Part shown: one piece after another, positions 23,415 through 33,304 of the stretch
Numbering within the stretch: position 1 is the stretch's first letter
Layout of the letters: the number at the start of each line of letters is the position of its first letter
Origin: Candidatus Adlerbacteria bacterium
GTDB lineage: Bacteria > Patescibacteriota > Minisyncoccia > Phycocordibacterales > SBAW01
Direction: 5' to 3'
Assembly: GCA_028286685.1 (NCBI GenBank)
Contig: JAQBRA010000002.1
Span: forward strand, 1,073-65,072
Length of the DNA: 64,000 nt
Program-made: the position numbers and the translations under genes
The notes under the pieces: model-generated
Databases searched by the model: none
The model's input: only the letters and a program-made list of their open reading frames with translations
What the model was told of the DNA's origin: nothing

Positions 23415-23945
23415 CTACCGCGCATTTATTGCGGTCATTGCGGCTTGGACGCCGTCTTCCAAAACTATTTCCAGCGCCTCCTGCACTATCTTTTTAACTT
23501 TTTTGAGCTTCTCCGCATCGAGAGGCTTGAATTTGCCCAAGACAAAGTCGGTAATCTTCTCGGGCGCGGGCCGCTTGAGCAATCCCTTTGGGGTGGCGCC
23601 CGATATGCCGATGCGGATGCGCACGTAGTCTTTGGTCTTAAGGGCCTTTTCTATCGACTTAACCCCGTTGTGGCCGCCGGCGCTCGAGCCGAAGGAGACT
23701 TTGACGCGGCCCAAGGGCAGATCGAGCTCGTCATGGAGCACGATAAGCTTTTCTGCAGCTTTTTTGCTCGCAATCAGCTTCTTTATGGGGCCGCCCGAGT
23801 TGTTCATATACACGTTAAGCTCGGCGACCTTCGCTTTTTTGGGCAGCTTGTCCTTAAGCGCAGCCAGAAGGTCCTTGCCGACGTTGTGCCGGGTGCCAAT
23901 GTATTCCTTATCAGGGTTCCCGAGCCCCACTACTATCCAAGACAT
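23415..23945 (-). CDS. pth: Peptidyl-tRNA hydrolase
   Basis: MSWIVVGLGNPDKEYIGTRHNVG..., SFGSSAGGHNGVKSI. The start is set at the internal ATG 23945. Confidence 0.92.
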   Translation of the reverse strand: MSWIVVGLGNPDKEYIGTRHNVGKDLLAALKDKLPKKAKVAELNVYMNNSGGPIKKLIASKKAAEKLIVLHDELDLPLGRVKVSFGSSAGGHNGVKSIEKALKTKDYVRIRIGISGATPKGLLKRPAPEKITDFVLGKFKPLDAEKLKKVKKIVQEALEIVLEDGVQAAMTAINAR

Positions 23946-24105
23946 GCAGGCACTATACCACGCAGGCAAAAAACAATAGAAAAATAGTCTGGCCCGAGAG
24001 GGCTCAGAGCCCGATACGGGAGACCCGAGGACTTTTTTCTATTGTTTTTCTGCCGGAGATGTTAAAAAAGCTTGCACTGTTTGCAAAGAGGTATAAACTA
24101 ATGCC

Positions 24106-24663
24106 ATGCCACAGGAGAACAGTGATTCTTTTTTCACCGAACTCCTCAAATTCGTAGTAGTCGCGGCCGTCATCGTGCTCCCGGTGCGCCTTTTTGTCGC
24201 GCAACCGTTCATTGTCTCCGGCGAGAGCATGGATCCGACGTTTAAGAACGGGCAATACCTCATTGTCGACGAGCTTACCTACCGCCTGGAGGACCCCAAG
24301 CGCGGCGACGTGGTTATTTTCCGCTACCCGCGCAACCCTTCCGAGTTCTTTATCAAGCGCATTATCGGACTCCCGGGCGAAACCGTTACGATCCAGGACG
24401 GCACCGTATCGGTAATGGGCGCGGACGGCAGCGCGGTCGCACTCAACGAGCCGTACGTAAAAAACATCGGCAACGGCCGCGACTCATCGTATCCGCTCGG
24501 CGCAGACGAATACTTTGTTATGGGCGACAATCGTCCCGAAAGCTCCGACTCCCGCATTTGGGGCGTACTTCCCCGCGAAAATATGATAGGACGCGCCCTG
24601 GTACGGCTTTTGCCCGTCGGGGACGCAGGCGTCTTCCCCGGCTCGGCTACGTACTCTCAGTAA
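24106..24663 (+). CDS. lepB: Signal peptidase I
   Basis: 185 aa with SGESMDPTF, KRIIGLPGE and GDNRPESSDSR. Confidence 0.92.
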   Translation: MPQENSDSFFTELLKFVVVAAVIVLPVRLFVAQPFIVSGESMDPTFKNGQYLIVDELTYRLEDPKRGDVVIFRYPRNPSEFFIKRIIGLPGETVTIQDGTVSVMGADGSAVALNEPYVKNIGNGRDSSYPLGADEYFVMGDNRPESSDSRIWGVLPRENMIGRALVRLLPVGDAGVFPGSATYSQ

Positions 24664-24664
24664 T

Positions 24665-25807
24665 ATGAGCGCCCCCCAGAAATCCTCCCCGGCCAGCTTC
24701 CTTAAATTGTCCCAGGACGTTGCCTCCTTTTACGGCTTCCGGCCGCTGCGCGAGATAGAAAAGAGCCTTGCCCCCGGCATCTACAAGCGCGGGGCGCACA
24801 ACTTTTCCTCCGCCTCGACCGCGCTGGCGCACAGCTCCGGCGGCGTGCTCCCGGAGCCGGTCATGGCCTACTATGCCAGCGCCTCCCCCTTGCATGTGCC
24901 CGGGGGTTGGCCCGCGCGCGAGGTGGGCGAGTTCGGCTTGCAGGTGGCGGGCGCCAAAGAGAGCGTCGGCGAAGTGTTCCTGCTCAAGACGGTCGCCACT
25001 ATTTTAAGCGAGTGGGGCGGCACCATGACCCGGGTGCGCATCAATGCGCTCGGCGACCGGGACTCCCGGCAACGCTTTGCGCGCGAACTTTCAAGCTACC
25101 TGCGCCGCCAGTCGCACAACCTGTCGCCCGAGTGCCGCGACAAGGCGCCTGAAGACCCTATGGCAGTGTTTGCCTGCGCCGACGAGGCATGCCGCGCGGC
25201 GCTCGAGTCCGGTCCACGCGCGATGAACTTCTTATCGGAGAAGAGCCGCGCCCATTTCCGCGAGGTCTTGGAGCACTTGGAGCACTTGGGGCTCCCCTAC
25301 GAGCTTGATGACATGCTGATGGGCGACGAGCGCGAGCCGCGCGTGGCGTTTGCTATCGACCTCAATGAAGACGCCACGGTCCTGGGCTCTATCGGCGGAC
25401 GCTTTGATGACCATGTCCGCCGGCTCACCGGCCACAAGGAGGCTACGGCAGTCCACGCCAGCCTGTTTTTCCGCAAGAAAGGCCTTACCGCTTCAAACTT
25501 CCAGCTCGAGAGCCCCACAGGGCGGCCCCGCATCTACTTTGTCCAGCTGGGCATGCGCGCCAAGCTGCGTTCGCTCGAGGTAAGCGACATATTGCGCGTA
25601 GCCCGCATCCCGGTCCTGCAATCCTTCGACTCGTCCCGCCTTTCCCCGCAGCTCTTGGCCGCAACTGCGGCAGGAGTCTCCCACCTTATTATTATGGGCC
25701 AGCGCGAGGCTCTGGACGGCACGGTTATCGTCCGCGCGGCCGACAATAGTGCCCAGACGACGCTCGGCCTCTCCCAGCTCCCCCGCTATTTAAAGGCCCT
25801 GCACTAG
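24665..25807 (+). CDS. Histidyl-tRNA synthetase-like protein with degenerate catalytic motifs
   Basis: 380 aa with HisRS/HisZ-like blocks (VRINALGDRDSRQRF..LSSYL, GSIGGRFDDHVRRL). The C-terminal anticodon-binding-like domain has IYFVQLG...HLIIMGQREALDGTVIVR. Canonical FRYERPQ and LVRGLDYY are not recognisable. Confidence 0.55.
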   Translation: MSAPQKSSPASFLKLSQDVASFYGFRPLREIEKSLAPGIYKRGAHNFSSASTALAHSSGGVLPEPVMAYYASASPLHVPGGWPAREVGEFGLQVAGAKESVGEVFLLKTVATILSEWGGTMTRVRINALGDRDSRQRFARELSSYLRRQSHNLSPECRDKAPEDPMAVFACADEACRAALESGPRAMNFLSEKSRAHFREVLEHLEHLGLPYELDDMLMGDEREPRVAFAIDLNEDATVLGSIGGRFDDHVRRLTGHKEATAVHASLFFRKKGLTASNFQLESPTGRPRIYFVQLGMRAKLRSLEVSDILRVARIPVLQSFDSSRLSPQLLAATAAGVSHLIIMGQREALDGTVIVRAADNSAQTTLGLSQLPRYLKALH

Positions 25808-25859
25808 GGCCCAGGGGCAGTTGCAGCCCGTCCTTACCCGTGTTATATTTTCCCCACAC

Positions 25860-26117
25860 ATGGCAACCAACGCAGAGGTAAAAAAGAACGACAACGAGAA
25901 CGCGATAAACCTTATCCGCCGCTTTAGTAAGCGCGTCCAGGGAACGGGCCTTATCCAGGCTACCCGCAAGCGCCGCTACTTTGCCCGCGCAAAGTCCAAG
26001 CTGGTTACCCGCAAGGGCGCCCTTAAGCGCATGGCCCGCCGCGAGGAGGTAACCGAGCTCATCAAGCTCGGCAAGATGGAGGCCCGCGTCCCGGGCCAGC
26101 GCTTCCGCCGCAAGTAA
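25860..26117 (+). CDS. rpsU: 30S ribosomal protein S21
   Basis: 85 aa with NAINLIRRFSKRVQGTGLIQATRKRRYFARAKSK. The start is set at the ATG 25860. Confidence 0.8.
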   Translation: MATNAEVKKNDNENAINLIRRFSKRVQGTGLIQATRKRRYFARAKSKLVTRKGALKRMARREEVTELIKLGKMEARVPGQRFRRK

Positions 26118-26125
26118 ATCTCCGC

Positions 26126-26464
26126 GTGGTACGCATCCCCGCAGTATTTAAGAAGATCCAGGCCGAGATACTCGGCCCCAGCTACGACCTTTCGGTCGTT
26201 TTTTTGGTTGAGAAGGAGATGCGAAAAGCGATGAAGTACCGGTACGAGAAAATAGCCGGAAAGAAGACGTCCAACGTGCTGTCGTTCCCGCTTTCCAAAA
26301 CGTCCGGCGAAATCCTCATCTGCCCCGATGCCGCAAAGCCCTACACCCTTGCCTACCTTTTTATCCACGGATGCCTGCACCTTAAAGGGTCCAAGCATAG
26401 TGATACAATGGAGCGTGAAGAGAACCGGATTTTAAAAAAATTCGGCCTTCGCGCGCATGAATAA
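26126..26464 (+). CDS. ybeY: rRNA maturation endoribonuclease YbeY
   Basis: 112 aa with a GTG start and the Zn motif HGCLHLKGSKH (HxxxHxxGxxH). Confidence 0.85.
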   Translation: MVRIPAVFKKIQAEILGPSYDLSVVFLVEKEMRKAMKYRYEKIAGKKTSNVLSFPLSKTSGEILICPDAAKPYTLAYLFIHGCLHLKGSKHSDTMEREENRILKKFGLRAHE

Positions 26465-27635
26465 TATTGTCACCGGCATAGACATCGGCACTTACCACGT
26501 CAAAGTGGTAATTGCTGAGCGCGCGGACGACCCCCGAGTACCGCCCCGCATTCTGGGCACCGGCTACGCCGAGTCCCGCGGCCTGCGCCAGGGCTACATC
26601 GTCTCCATACCCGAAGTCTCTCGCTCGGTCGCCGCAGCGGTGGCCCAGGCAAGCAAGGCCGCGCGGGTAAAAGTTAAGCGCGCCTATCTGGCGGTTGGCG
26701 GCGTGGGGCTCGACGAGGCCTTCTCGCGCGGAGAGACGGTTGTTGAGCGCGGCGACAGCGAGATTACTGACCGCGACCTGCCGCGCGCCATAAAGGCCAG
26801 CGAAGCGGCGCTTCCGCCATCCGCGACCCTTAACCGCAAGATACTGCACACCATACCGCTCAAGCTCTCCGTCGACGGCACGCGCGTCATGGGCCGTACG
26901 CCCGCCGGCATGAAGGGCGTGCGCCTTTCGGTCGAGACCCTTTTTATCACCTGCCTGGAGCGCCACGTGCATGACCTGGTTGCCGCCGTAGAGGACGCAG
27001 GGCTTGAGGTTGAAGATGTCGTAGCGGCTCCCCTGGCTGCATCGTTTATCGCGCTTACCAAGATGCAGAAGCGCGTGGGCTGCGTCCTCGCCAACATCGG
27101 CGCCGAAACCCTTTCCATTATCGTATTTGAGGACAATGCGCCCACCTCGCTTAAAGTATTTCCCGTAGGCGCATCCGACATCACCAACGACCTGGCGCTC
27201 GGTCTGCGCATCAGCCCCGAAGAGGCGGAAGGATTGAAGTCCGGCGCCGTGCTCGGATCGACTTATCCTAAGAAAAAAGTCGACGACCTCATTGCCCGGC
27301 GTGTCGGGGACATGTTCCGGCTCGTCGAGGCGCACCTGAAAAAGATCGGCAAAGACGAGCTCTTGCCCGCGGGCATCATACTCACCGGAGGCGGCTCGGC
27401 CGTGCAGTCGGTCGCAGACCTCGCCAAAGCAGTGCTGCGGCTCCCTTCGCGCACGGCGGCGCTTGCGGAAGGCACTGCGGCAAAGATGCAGCTGCGCGAC
27501 TCATCGTGGGCAGTAGCCTACGGCCTTACCGTCTGGGGCTTCAGCGAGGGCGGCGAACTGGAGATCCACGAGCCGAGCACCGTTTCTGAAACCCTCAGGT
27601 CGCTGTGGCGCTGGTTTAAGAAATTCTTGCCCTAG
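26457..27635 (+). CDS. ftsA: Cell division protein FtsA
   Basis: 392 aa with the actin-like fold (GIDIGTYHVKVVIAE, VANIGAETLSIIVF, ILTGGGS). It lies upstream of ftsZ and overlaps ybeY by 8 nt. Confidence 0.9.
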   Translation: MNNIVTGIDIGTYHVKVVIAERADDPRVPPRILGTGYAESRGLRQGYIVSIPEVSRSVAAAVAQASKAARVKVKRAYLAVGGVGLDEAFSRGETVVERGDSEITDRDLPRAIKASEAALPPSATLNRKILHTIPLKLSVDGTRVMGRTPAGMKGVRLSVETLFITCLERHVHDLVAAVEDAGLEVEDVVAAPLAASFIALTKMQKRVGCVLANIGAETLSIIVFEDNAPTSLKVFPVGASDITNDLALGLRISPEEAEGLKSGAVLGSTYPKKKVDDLIARRVGDMFRLVEAHLKKIGKDELLPAGIILTGGGSAVQSVADLAKAVLRLPSRTAALAEGTAAKMQLRDSSWAVAYGLTVWGFSEGGELEIHEPSTVSETLRSLWRWFKKFLP

Positions 27636-27641
27636 GCAAGC

Positions 27642-27662
27642 GCCGCCATAGGGCGGCTTTTT
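27642..27662 (+). terminator. Terminator after ftsA
   Basis: GCCGCC-ATAG-GGCGGC followed by TTTTT. Confidence 0.55.
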
Positions 27663-27762
27663 CGATACAAAAGCCAGGTTTGTCAAAATTGCCAAAGGTT
27701 TTAGGAACAAGTAGAGTTGTAGGGCTACACGGCACGCACACCTAAACAACCAACCAATCCTT

Positions 27763-28986
27763 ATGGCACAAGTACATCCTGAAATCGAGGCATTCGCGCG
27801 CATTCGCGTCATTGGCGTGGGCGGTTCGGGCAAGAATGCCGTCAACCACATGGTCGAGGAGAAGGTGCGTGGTGTCGACTTCATCACGATAAACACCGAC
27901 GCGCAGGACCTCCACCACTCCCTCGCCAAGAAGAAAATCCATATCGGCAAGAACCTCACGCGCGGCCTCGGCGCCGGCATGAACCCGGAGCTCGGCAAGC
28001 GCGCTTCCGAGGAAACCAAGGAAGAGATACAGCAGGCCATCAAGGGCTCTGACATGGTCTTTATCGCGGGCGGCATGGGCGGCGGCACCGGCACGGGTGC
28101 AGCGCCCGTCGTTGCGCGCACCGCAAAGGAAATGGGCGCGCTTACCGTCGCGGTCGTTACCAAGCCGTTTGCCTTCGAGGGCCAGGCCCGCATGCGCTTG
28201 GCCGAGGCCGGGCTTGACGACCTGCGCAAGGAAGTAGACGCGCTCATCATCATCCCCAACGACCGCCTCCTCGCTACCGTCGCCAAGGACACTACGCTCA
28301 AGCAGGCCTTCGCCCAGTGCGACGACGTCTTGAAGCAGGCTGTGGAGGGCATCTCCGACCTCATCACCAATCCGGGCATCATCAACGTCGACTTCGCCGA
28401 CGTCCGCGCGGTCATGGAAAACTCCGGCTCGGCCCTTATGGGCATCGGTATCGCCTCGGGCGAAAACCGCTCCGCCATCGCCGCCAAGGCCGCCGTCTCC
28501 TCGCCGCTCCTCGAGCTCTCCATCAACGGCGCCAAGGGCGTCCTGTTCGCCATCGCGGGTGGCGATGACCTGGGCATGCTCGAGGTCCACGAGGCCGCTA
28601 AAATAATCACCGAGTCCGTCGACCCGAACGCCAAGATCATCTTCGGCGCAGTCAAGGACGACAAGCTCAAGAAGGGCGAGGTTCGCGTGACCGTTATTGC
28701 GACCGGCTTCCCCGCCCCGGGTATGGCCGCTCCCCGCGGCACGCCTTTGTTTACGGCATTCGGCCGCGAGACCACCAAAGAAAAGGAGAAGGAGGAGGAT
28801 GTGCCGCCCTTGGGCCAGGCAGGACGCATCTTTAATGCGCCCCAGGCCCCCGCTCCCCGCGAGGAAAAGGAAGAACCTAAAGTAGCGGCACCTTCCTCTC
28901 AGGAGCCCATCAAGATCAAAGTAGACGAGGATGACGACGAGTGGGGCGCGGTACCGAGCTTCCTGCGCCGCCCCAAGATTAAGTAG
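27763..28986 (+). CDS. ftsZ: Cell division protein FtsZ
   Basis: 407 aa with VIGVGGSGKNAVNHM, GGMGGGTGTGAAPV and NVDFADV, plus the C-terminal conserved peptide DEWGAVPSFLRR. Confidence 0.97.
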   Translation: MAQVHPEIEAFARIRVIGVGGSGKNAVNHMVEEKVRGVDFITINTDAQDLHHSLAKKKIHIGKNLTRGLGAGMNPELGKRASEETKEEIQQAIKGSDMVFIAGGMGGGTGTGAAPVVARTAKEMGALTVAVVTKPFAFEGQARMRLAEAGLDDLRKEVDALIIIPNDRLLATVAKDTTLKQAFAQCDDVLKQAVEGISDLITNPGIINVDFADVRAVMENSGSALMGIGIASGENRSAIAAKAAVSSPLLELSINGAKGVLFAIAGGDDLGMLEVHEAAKIITESVDPNAKIIFGAVKDDKLKKGEVRVTVIATGFPAPGMAAPRGTPLFTAFGRETTKEKEKEEDVPPLGQAGRIFNAPQAPAPREEKEEPKVAAPSSQEPIKIKVDEDDDEWGAVPSFLRRPKIK

Positions 28987-29005
28987 TTTACAAAAGGCGC
29001 ATAGA

Positions 29006-29031
29006 GTTGTATCTTAGCGGCGGACCCAATC
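29006..29031 (+). terminator. Terminator after ftsZ
   Basis: AGCGGCGGA-CCCAA-TCCGCCGCT followed by TTT. Confidence 0.7.
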
Positions 29032-29068
29032 CGCCGCTTTTGGCGCACAAACGCACATAAAGGATGCC

Positions 29069-29662
29069 ATGTCTGAACAAGAGGCAGAACTGATCCGGAA
29101 TTCTCTCAGAAAAAAGCCAGGCACCTTTACCGGCAGAGAGATCGAGGGAATTTGCATCCATCGGGCCGCTAGTTCCGACCAGATCTGGCGGCAGATAGCT
29201 GAGCCGAGCCCCAAACTCTACTTGCACCAGCTAAAAGGCCATGCCCGAGCAATGATTCCCCAGAGTATCGAATACCTCAGGTCAGACGAGCCGGTAGCCG
29301 CTGTCGATAGCATAATCATATTTATGGTAAAGGCATGCCAGCGAACCGGACTGATTCTGGGGGACTTTATTCCCCCTAAGGAACTTGCCGGCGTCAGACG
29401 GGCGGCACTACTGCGAGGAGGACGGCTGCCGCTCGATAACCCAAGCCACCCGCTGATAAGGAGCGGCAACGGCAAGGAGATGTTCCGAGCACACGCGGTC
29501 ATCGCCGGAATAAGCCCTCAGGACCTCGGCATCAACAAAAATGAAGCCGAGCGCTGCCTTCGGGCATACTTCTACAAAGGCAGGCCGCGCATGAAAGAGC
29601 ATTGGAAGGCCGCTCAAAAACAGGCTGAGTTCGTCAATAACCTCTTCCCTGCCACCGCTTAG
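29069..29662 (+). CDS. Hypothetical protein
   Basis: 197-aa ORF with normal composition and its own terminator. No family recognised. Confidence 0.5.
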   Translation: MSEQEAELIRNSLRKKPGTFTGREIEGICIHRAASSDQIWRQIAEPSPKLYLHQLKGHARAMIPQSIEYLRSDEPVAAVDSIIIFMVKACQRTGLILGDFIPPKELAGVRRAALLRGGRLPLDNPSHPLIRSGNGKEMFRAHAVIAGISPQDLGINKNEAERCLRAYFYKGRPRMKEHWKAAQKQAEFVNNLFPATA

Positions 29663-29692
29663 CGCGCCAGCAGGCGCTCAGTTTCTCAATAC

Positions 29693-29723
29693 GCCACCGC
29701 CAAAAGCGGTGGCTTCTTCTTTG
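29693..29723 (+). terminator. Terminator
   Basis: GCCACCGC-CAAAA-GCGGTGGC followed by TTCTTCTTT. Confidence 0.7.
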
Positions 29724-29750
29724 GGCCCTTACGCGGTAAAATAGATTTCT

Positions 29751-30677
29751 ATGTACGACCTTGCGATTATCGGCGGCGGCCCTGCGGGGGTTGCCGCCGG
29801 CGTGTATGCGGCCCGCAAACGACTTAAGACAGTTTTTATTGCAGAGACCTTCGGCGGGCAGTCGACCGACTCCCTCGATATCCAGAACTGGATAGGCATC
29901 CCGCATATCCCCGGCCCCGCGCTTGCTAAAGCCCTGGAGGCCCACCTGCGCGAGTATGCGAGCGATATCGTCGACCTTAAGGCTGGCGAGCGCGCCGCAA
30001 CTGTAGAGAAGAGTGCGACAGGATTTGCCATAACGACTCAGAAGGGCTCATACGAGGCCAAGACGGTCCTTATCGCCACCGGCGGCTCGCGACGCAAGCT
30101 CGGCATTCCGGGAGCCGAACAATACGAGAACAAGGGCATTGTCTACTGCGCCTCCTGCGACGGCCCGCTGTTTGCCGGACAAGACACGGTGGTTATCGGC
30201 GCGGGCAATGCCGGGTTTGAGACCGCAGCGCAGCTCTTGGCCTATGCAAAATCGGTTACGCTCCTTAACCGCAGCAGCGCATTTGACAAGGCCGACGCCA
30301 AGACCGTCGAAGCCGTGCGCAATCACCCGAACATGACCATACTTGCCGACACGGAGCCCGTAGAGGTTAAGGGCACGATGTTCGTAAATGCGCTTACGGT
30401 TAAAAACACCAAGACCGGAGAGACTAAAGATCTCCCTGCCGGAGGCATCTTTGTTGAAATCGGTGCCCTGCCCGCCACTGGCCTGGTCAAAGATCTCGTG
30501 GAATTCGACCCTTTCAATCACATAAAGGTCGACCCGCGCACGCAGCGCGCCTCAGTTGCGGGCGTATGGGCTGCGGGCGACTGCACGGACGGCTTGTACC
30601 ACCAAAACAATATTGCCGCGGGAGACGCGGTCAAAGCGCTCGAGGATATCTACTTGTATATAAAGTCGGGCAGCTAG
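29751..30677 (+). CDS. trxB: Thioredoxin-disulfide reductase
   Basis: 308 aa with IIGGGPAGVAAGVYAAR, the redox CASCDG, VIGAGNAGFE and GVWAAGDC. Confidence 0.88.
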   Translation: MYDLAIIGGGPAGVAAGVYAARKRLKTVFIAETFGGQSTDSLDIQNWIGIPHIPGPALAKALEAHLREYASDIVDLKAGERAATVEKSATGFAITTQKGSYEAKTVLIATGGSRRKLGIPGAEQYENKGIVYCASCDGPLFAGQDTVVIGAGNAGFETAAQLLAYAKSVTLLNRSSAFDKADAKTVEAVRNHPNMTILADTEPVEVKGTMFVNALTVKNTKTGETKDLPAGGIFVEIGALPATGLVKDLVEFDPFNHIKVDPRTQRASVAGVWAAGDCTDGLYHQNNIAAGDAVKALEDIYLYIKSGS

Positions 30678-32038
30678 CCTTTTTTAGGGACGTCGAATAT
30701 AGAAGGCTCGACCTTCTCCCCTGCCAAATGGCGGGCAATGATGCGTCCGCCGCAGGCCGAAGGCAGTATGCCTATGCCATTGCAGCCCAGGTTGTATAAA
30801 AGCACCGGGTTTTGCGGCTCGGGCCCGACCATGCGCACGCCGTTTTTGGTGTAGCCCATGAGCCCGTGCCAGGTAAAGATGTATTCTATTTTTTTGTTCG
30901 GATCCGAATCATACGTCTTGCGCAAAAAGTCATCGATCGCCTGCACATACTCCTCCGGAAACTCCTGCTCGTAGGAATACGCGCCTCGCTCCGGGAGCGC
31001 CGCCTCGGGCCCACCTATCGATATAAGGTTGTGGCCCGGGTGAGCTTCGTACTCATACGGGCGGCGAGTCAGGTAAAAGTAAACTTCTCCTGCGCTCGCT
31101 CCGGATTGCGGGAAGTAGCTAATAGCTACGGGAGGCTTATTGAGCTTCTCGAGATAGCCGGACATGTAGCCGATGTGGCCGCTAAGGCCGGCATGAAAGC
31201 GCCCGTTTACCTCAAGCCCGTGCTCGTTGATGATCGTAAAATCCTCGAATCCGTTGGTGCACAAGACGACCCTGTCTGCCGTTACAGTGTGCGTTCCCGC
31301 ATCCAAGAGCGCGTCGGCGTCGCGCAGGATCAGCTTATGGACCGGCGCATGCTCGTACAAGGCCAGGCGGTCGGGATACGTCTTGAGGAGATACGCAAAT
31401 ACCTCCTGGCACAAAAGCGCGCTATTGATGCAGCCTTTTTGATAGGAAAGCGCGGCCACGTACTCCGGCGCCTCGGACTCCAAAAGCGCCAGGACTTTCT
31501 GGTGCGGCACGACTTCGTAGAGCCCCTTGTACTCGGCCGGTATGGCGCTTAAGAAAGCAGCAGTCTCGCTTATTCGCATGCGCTCGAGCGGCAGGCCGGC
31601 CTCCTGGCGCCGGTGATTATTTTTCAAATGGAGCAGGACCTGGGTCTCGCTGGTAAAGCCCGCATGGCCCTCGAAACGTGAGAATGGGATATCGAGCCCG
31701 GCATCAGTGTACATCTCGTCTAAAAGCGCCCAGGCATCCTCGACGGCCCGCTGGCCGCGCGCCGCCATGTCCAGGCCGAACTCCTCTGCCAGGCTCGCAA
31801 AACCGCGCTCAAAGTAGCTCGTAACCTGCCCGGCATTGTGGCCCGTAGCGCCATGCGCCATCTTAAAGCGCTCGAGCACTACAACCCGCTTATCGGTGTA
31901 TTTAAGGGTGAAATACGCCGTGGCCGTGCCCGCGATGCCCGCGCCAATAATGGCCACGTCGGCTGCAAGGTCGCCCGGGAGAGTCTTTGACACCCGGGCT
32001 TGGTCGAGCTGGTAGAGCCAGGGCGAGCGGTTCTTCAT
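30674..32038 (-). CDS. FAD-dependent oxidoreductase (DAO/glycine-oxidase-like)
   Basis: 454 aa with N-terminal VAIIGAGIAGTATAYF and a DAO-family layout. Its stop overlaps the trxB stop within the tetranucleotide CTAG. Confidence 0.7.
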   Translation of the reverse strand: MKNRSPWLYQLDQARVSKTLPGDLAADVAIIGAGIAGTATAYFTLKYTDKRVVVLERFKMAHGATGHNAGQVTSYFERGFASLAEEFGLDMAARGQRAVEDAWALLDEMYTDAGLDIPFSRFEGHAGFTSETQVLLHLKNNHRRQEAGLPLERMRISETAAFLSAIPAEYKGLYEVVPHQKVLALLESEAPEYVAALSYQKGCINSALLCQEVFAYLLKTYPDRLALYEHAPVHKLILRDADALLDAGTHTVTADRVVLCTNGFEDFTIINEHGLEVNGRFHAGLSGHIGYMSGYLEKLNKPPVAISYFPQSGASAGEVYFYLTRRPYEYEAHPGHNLISIGGPEAALPERGAYSYEQEFPEEYVQAIDDFLRKTYDSDPNKKIEYIFTWHGLMGYTKNGVRMVGPEPQNPVLLYNLGCNGIGILPSACGGRIIARHLAGEKVEPSIFDVPKKG

Positions 32039-32111
32039 GACTTAGTGAGTGAGAGAATAAAAATTTGTTTTTAATTCCGAGCGAGTGACAGCCATGCAAG
32101 ACGGAGTTCTT

Positions 32112-32522
32112 TTATCGTATGGTTTTGACGAGCGTAAAGTTGCCGCGGAAACCAGGGTTTCCCGAAGCGCCTTCGTCGACATCGCCGACGCGCACGACAA
32201 CCTGCCCGGGCTCCTCAAAGACGCCTATCTCGTGGCCGCCGCCAGCAAACCAGCAGATGACCTTGGATTTCTCATACTCCAAAAAGTCGGAGTCCATCTC
32301 GGCGCAGCTGCCCTCGTGCGTACCGATGTCGAAGCTCTCGCCGCCTGCCATGAGGGTTACTTGCGTCTGCGGTATGCCATCCTTTTCGCCCCGCTCGGAA
32401 AACTCCCACGAGTAGACAAGGGGCCCGGCCGGGGCTTTTGTGTCGTGCCTAAAGACCGTAAACGCCACGCCGCCCAAAATGATGATGATAAGGCCGAGAA
32501 TTCCCCATGATTTAGGTGTCAT
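32112..32522 (-). CDS. Membrane-anchored hypothetical protein
   Basis: 136 aa with an N-terminal TM (WGILGLIIIILGGVAFTVF) and a soluble domain. No family recognised. Confidence 0.5.
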   Translation of the reverse strand: MTPKSWGILGLIIIILGGVAFTVFRHDTKAPAGPLVYSWEFSERGEKDGIPQTQVTLMAGGESFDIGTHEGSCAEMDSDFLEYEKSKVICWFAGGGHEIGVFEEPGQVVVRVGDVDEGASGNPGFRGNFTLVKTIR

Positions 32523-32551
32523 GCGAATAAGTATAACGTCCTCGCCAGCTC

Positions 32552-33304
32552 TTACAAACGCTCTATAGTGGTCGCCCAGATAACGCCGTCTATGTCGTAG
32601 GGAGTGTTTGCCTCGGCCGGATGCAGCGGGCCCTCAACCTTGACCTTGGCGCCGGTTGGGAAATCGACCGGCGATGCGGACATAAGCGAGGTGTTTATGG
32701 CGTAGTGGCCGTCGCTCTGGTCTATTGCGATGCCGAAGGCGCATTCCATAGTATGTGGGCCGTCACCCTTGTGCGGCAGGCACTCCCAGACGCCCGTAAC
32801 GCTTACCCGCTCAGGCGGTGGCTCTGTGGCGCCCTTTTGCCAGCTGGAGATAAGCCATTGCTCCGCCCGTTTTTCGAGCGCAATAGTTACCGGATACGTG
32901 GCGGCATAGCCTTCTGGATCATCATTCGTTACCTCAACTACCGTGCCCTGCGCGGTCGCGGTCGCATCCTTGTAGCTAACCTCGGCAATCTCGACGCGGT
33001 CGGGCCACGGACTCGAGGTTTGGCGGCCAGGGGCGCTCTTAGGGTCAGCCTGCCATGCCGCAAAAAGTTCCGGGGTTATATAGAGGCCGTACTGCGCGCC
33101 CACTTGCGCCGCAGCATCCGGAGCCAGGAGCGAGACATTCTTCATGTTCGAGCCCAGGCCCTCGATAGCGGCCCGAATAGCTGAGTCCTCGGTATTGGAG
33201 ACCGAACCCTGATCCGGAGCCTTCTGCCCGCCGAACAGCACCAGCATCAGCGCGACCCCAAGTGCCACCGCCGCCCCTATCCCCATGATTGCCTCTTTTT
33301 TCAT
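32552..33304 (-). CDS. Membrane-anchored hypothetical protein
   Basis: The start is set at MKKEAIMGIGAAVALGVALMLVLF (ATG 33304). The protein has an extracytoplasmic domain and no recognised family. Confidence 0.5.
   Translation of the reverse strand: MKKEAIMGIGAAVALGVALMLVLFGGQKAPDQGSVSNTEDSAIRAAIEGLGSNMKNVSLLAPDAAAQVGAQYGLYITPELFAAWQADPKSAPGRQTSSPWPDRVEIAEVSYKDATATAQGTVVEVTNDDPEGYAATYPVTIALEKRAEQWLISSWQKGATEPPPERVSVTGVWECLPHKGDGPHTMECAFGIAIDQSDGHYAINTSLMSASPVDFPTGAKVKVEGPLHPAEANTPYDIDGVIWATTIERL

Noticed and set aside
26382-28829. Minus ORFs 26382..27335 (317 aa), 26684..27211, 27501..28829 (442 aa) and 27742..28590 (282 aa)
   Set aside because: They are antisense to ftsA and ftsZ, are compositionally biased and have no motifs.
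30674-30677. Convergent trxB and oxidoreductase stops sharing the palindrome CTAG
   Set aside because: This is a curiosity of compact genomes with no evidence of regulatory significance.
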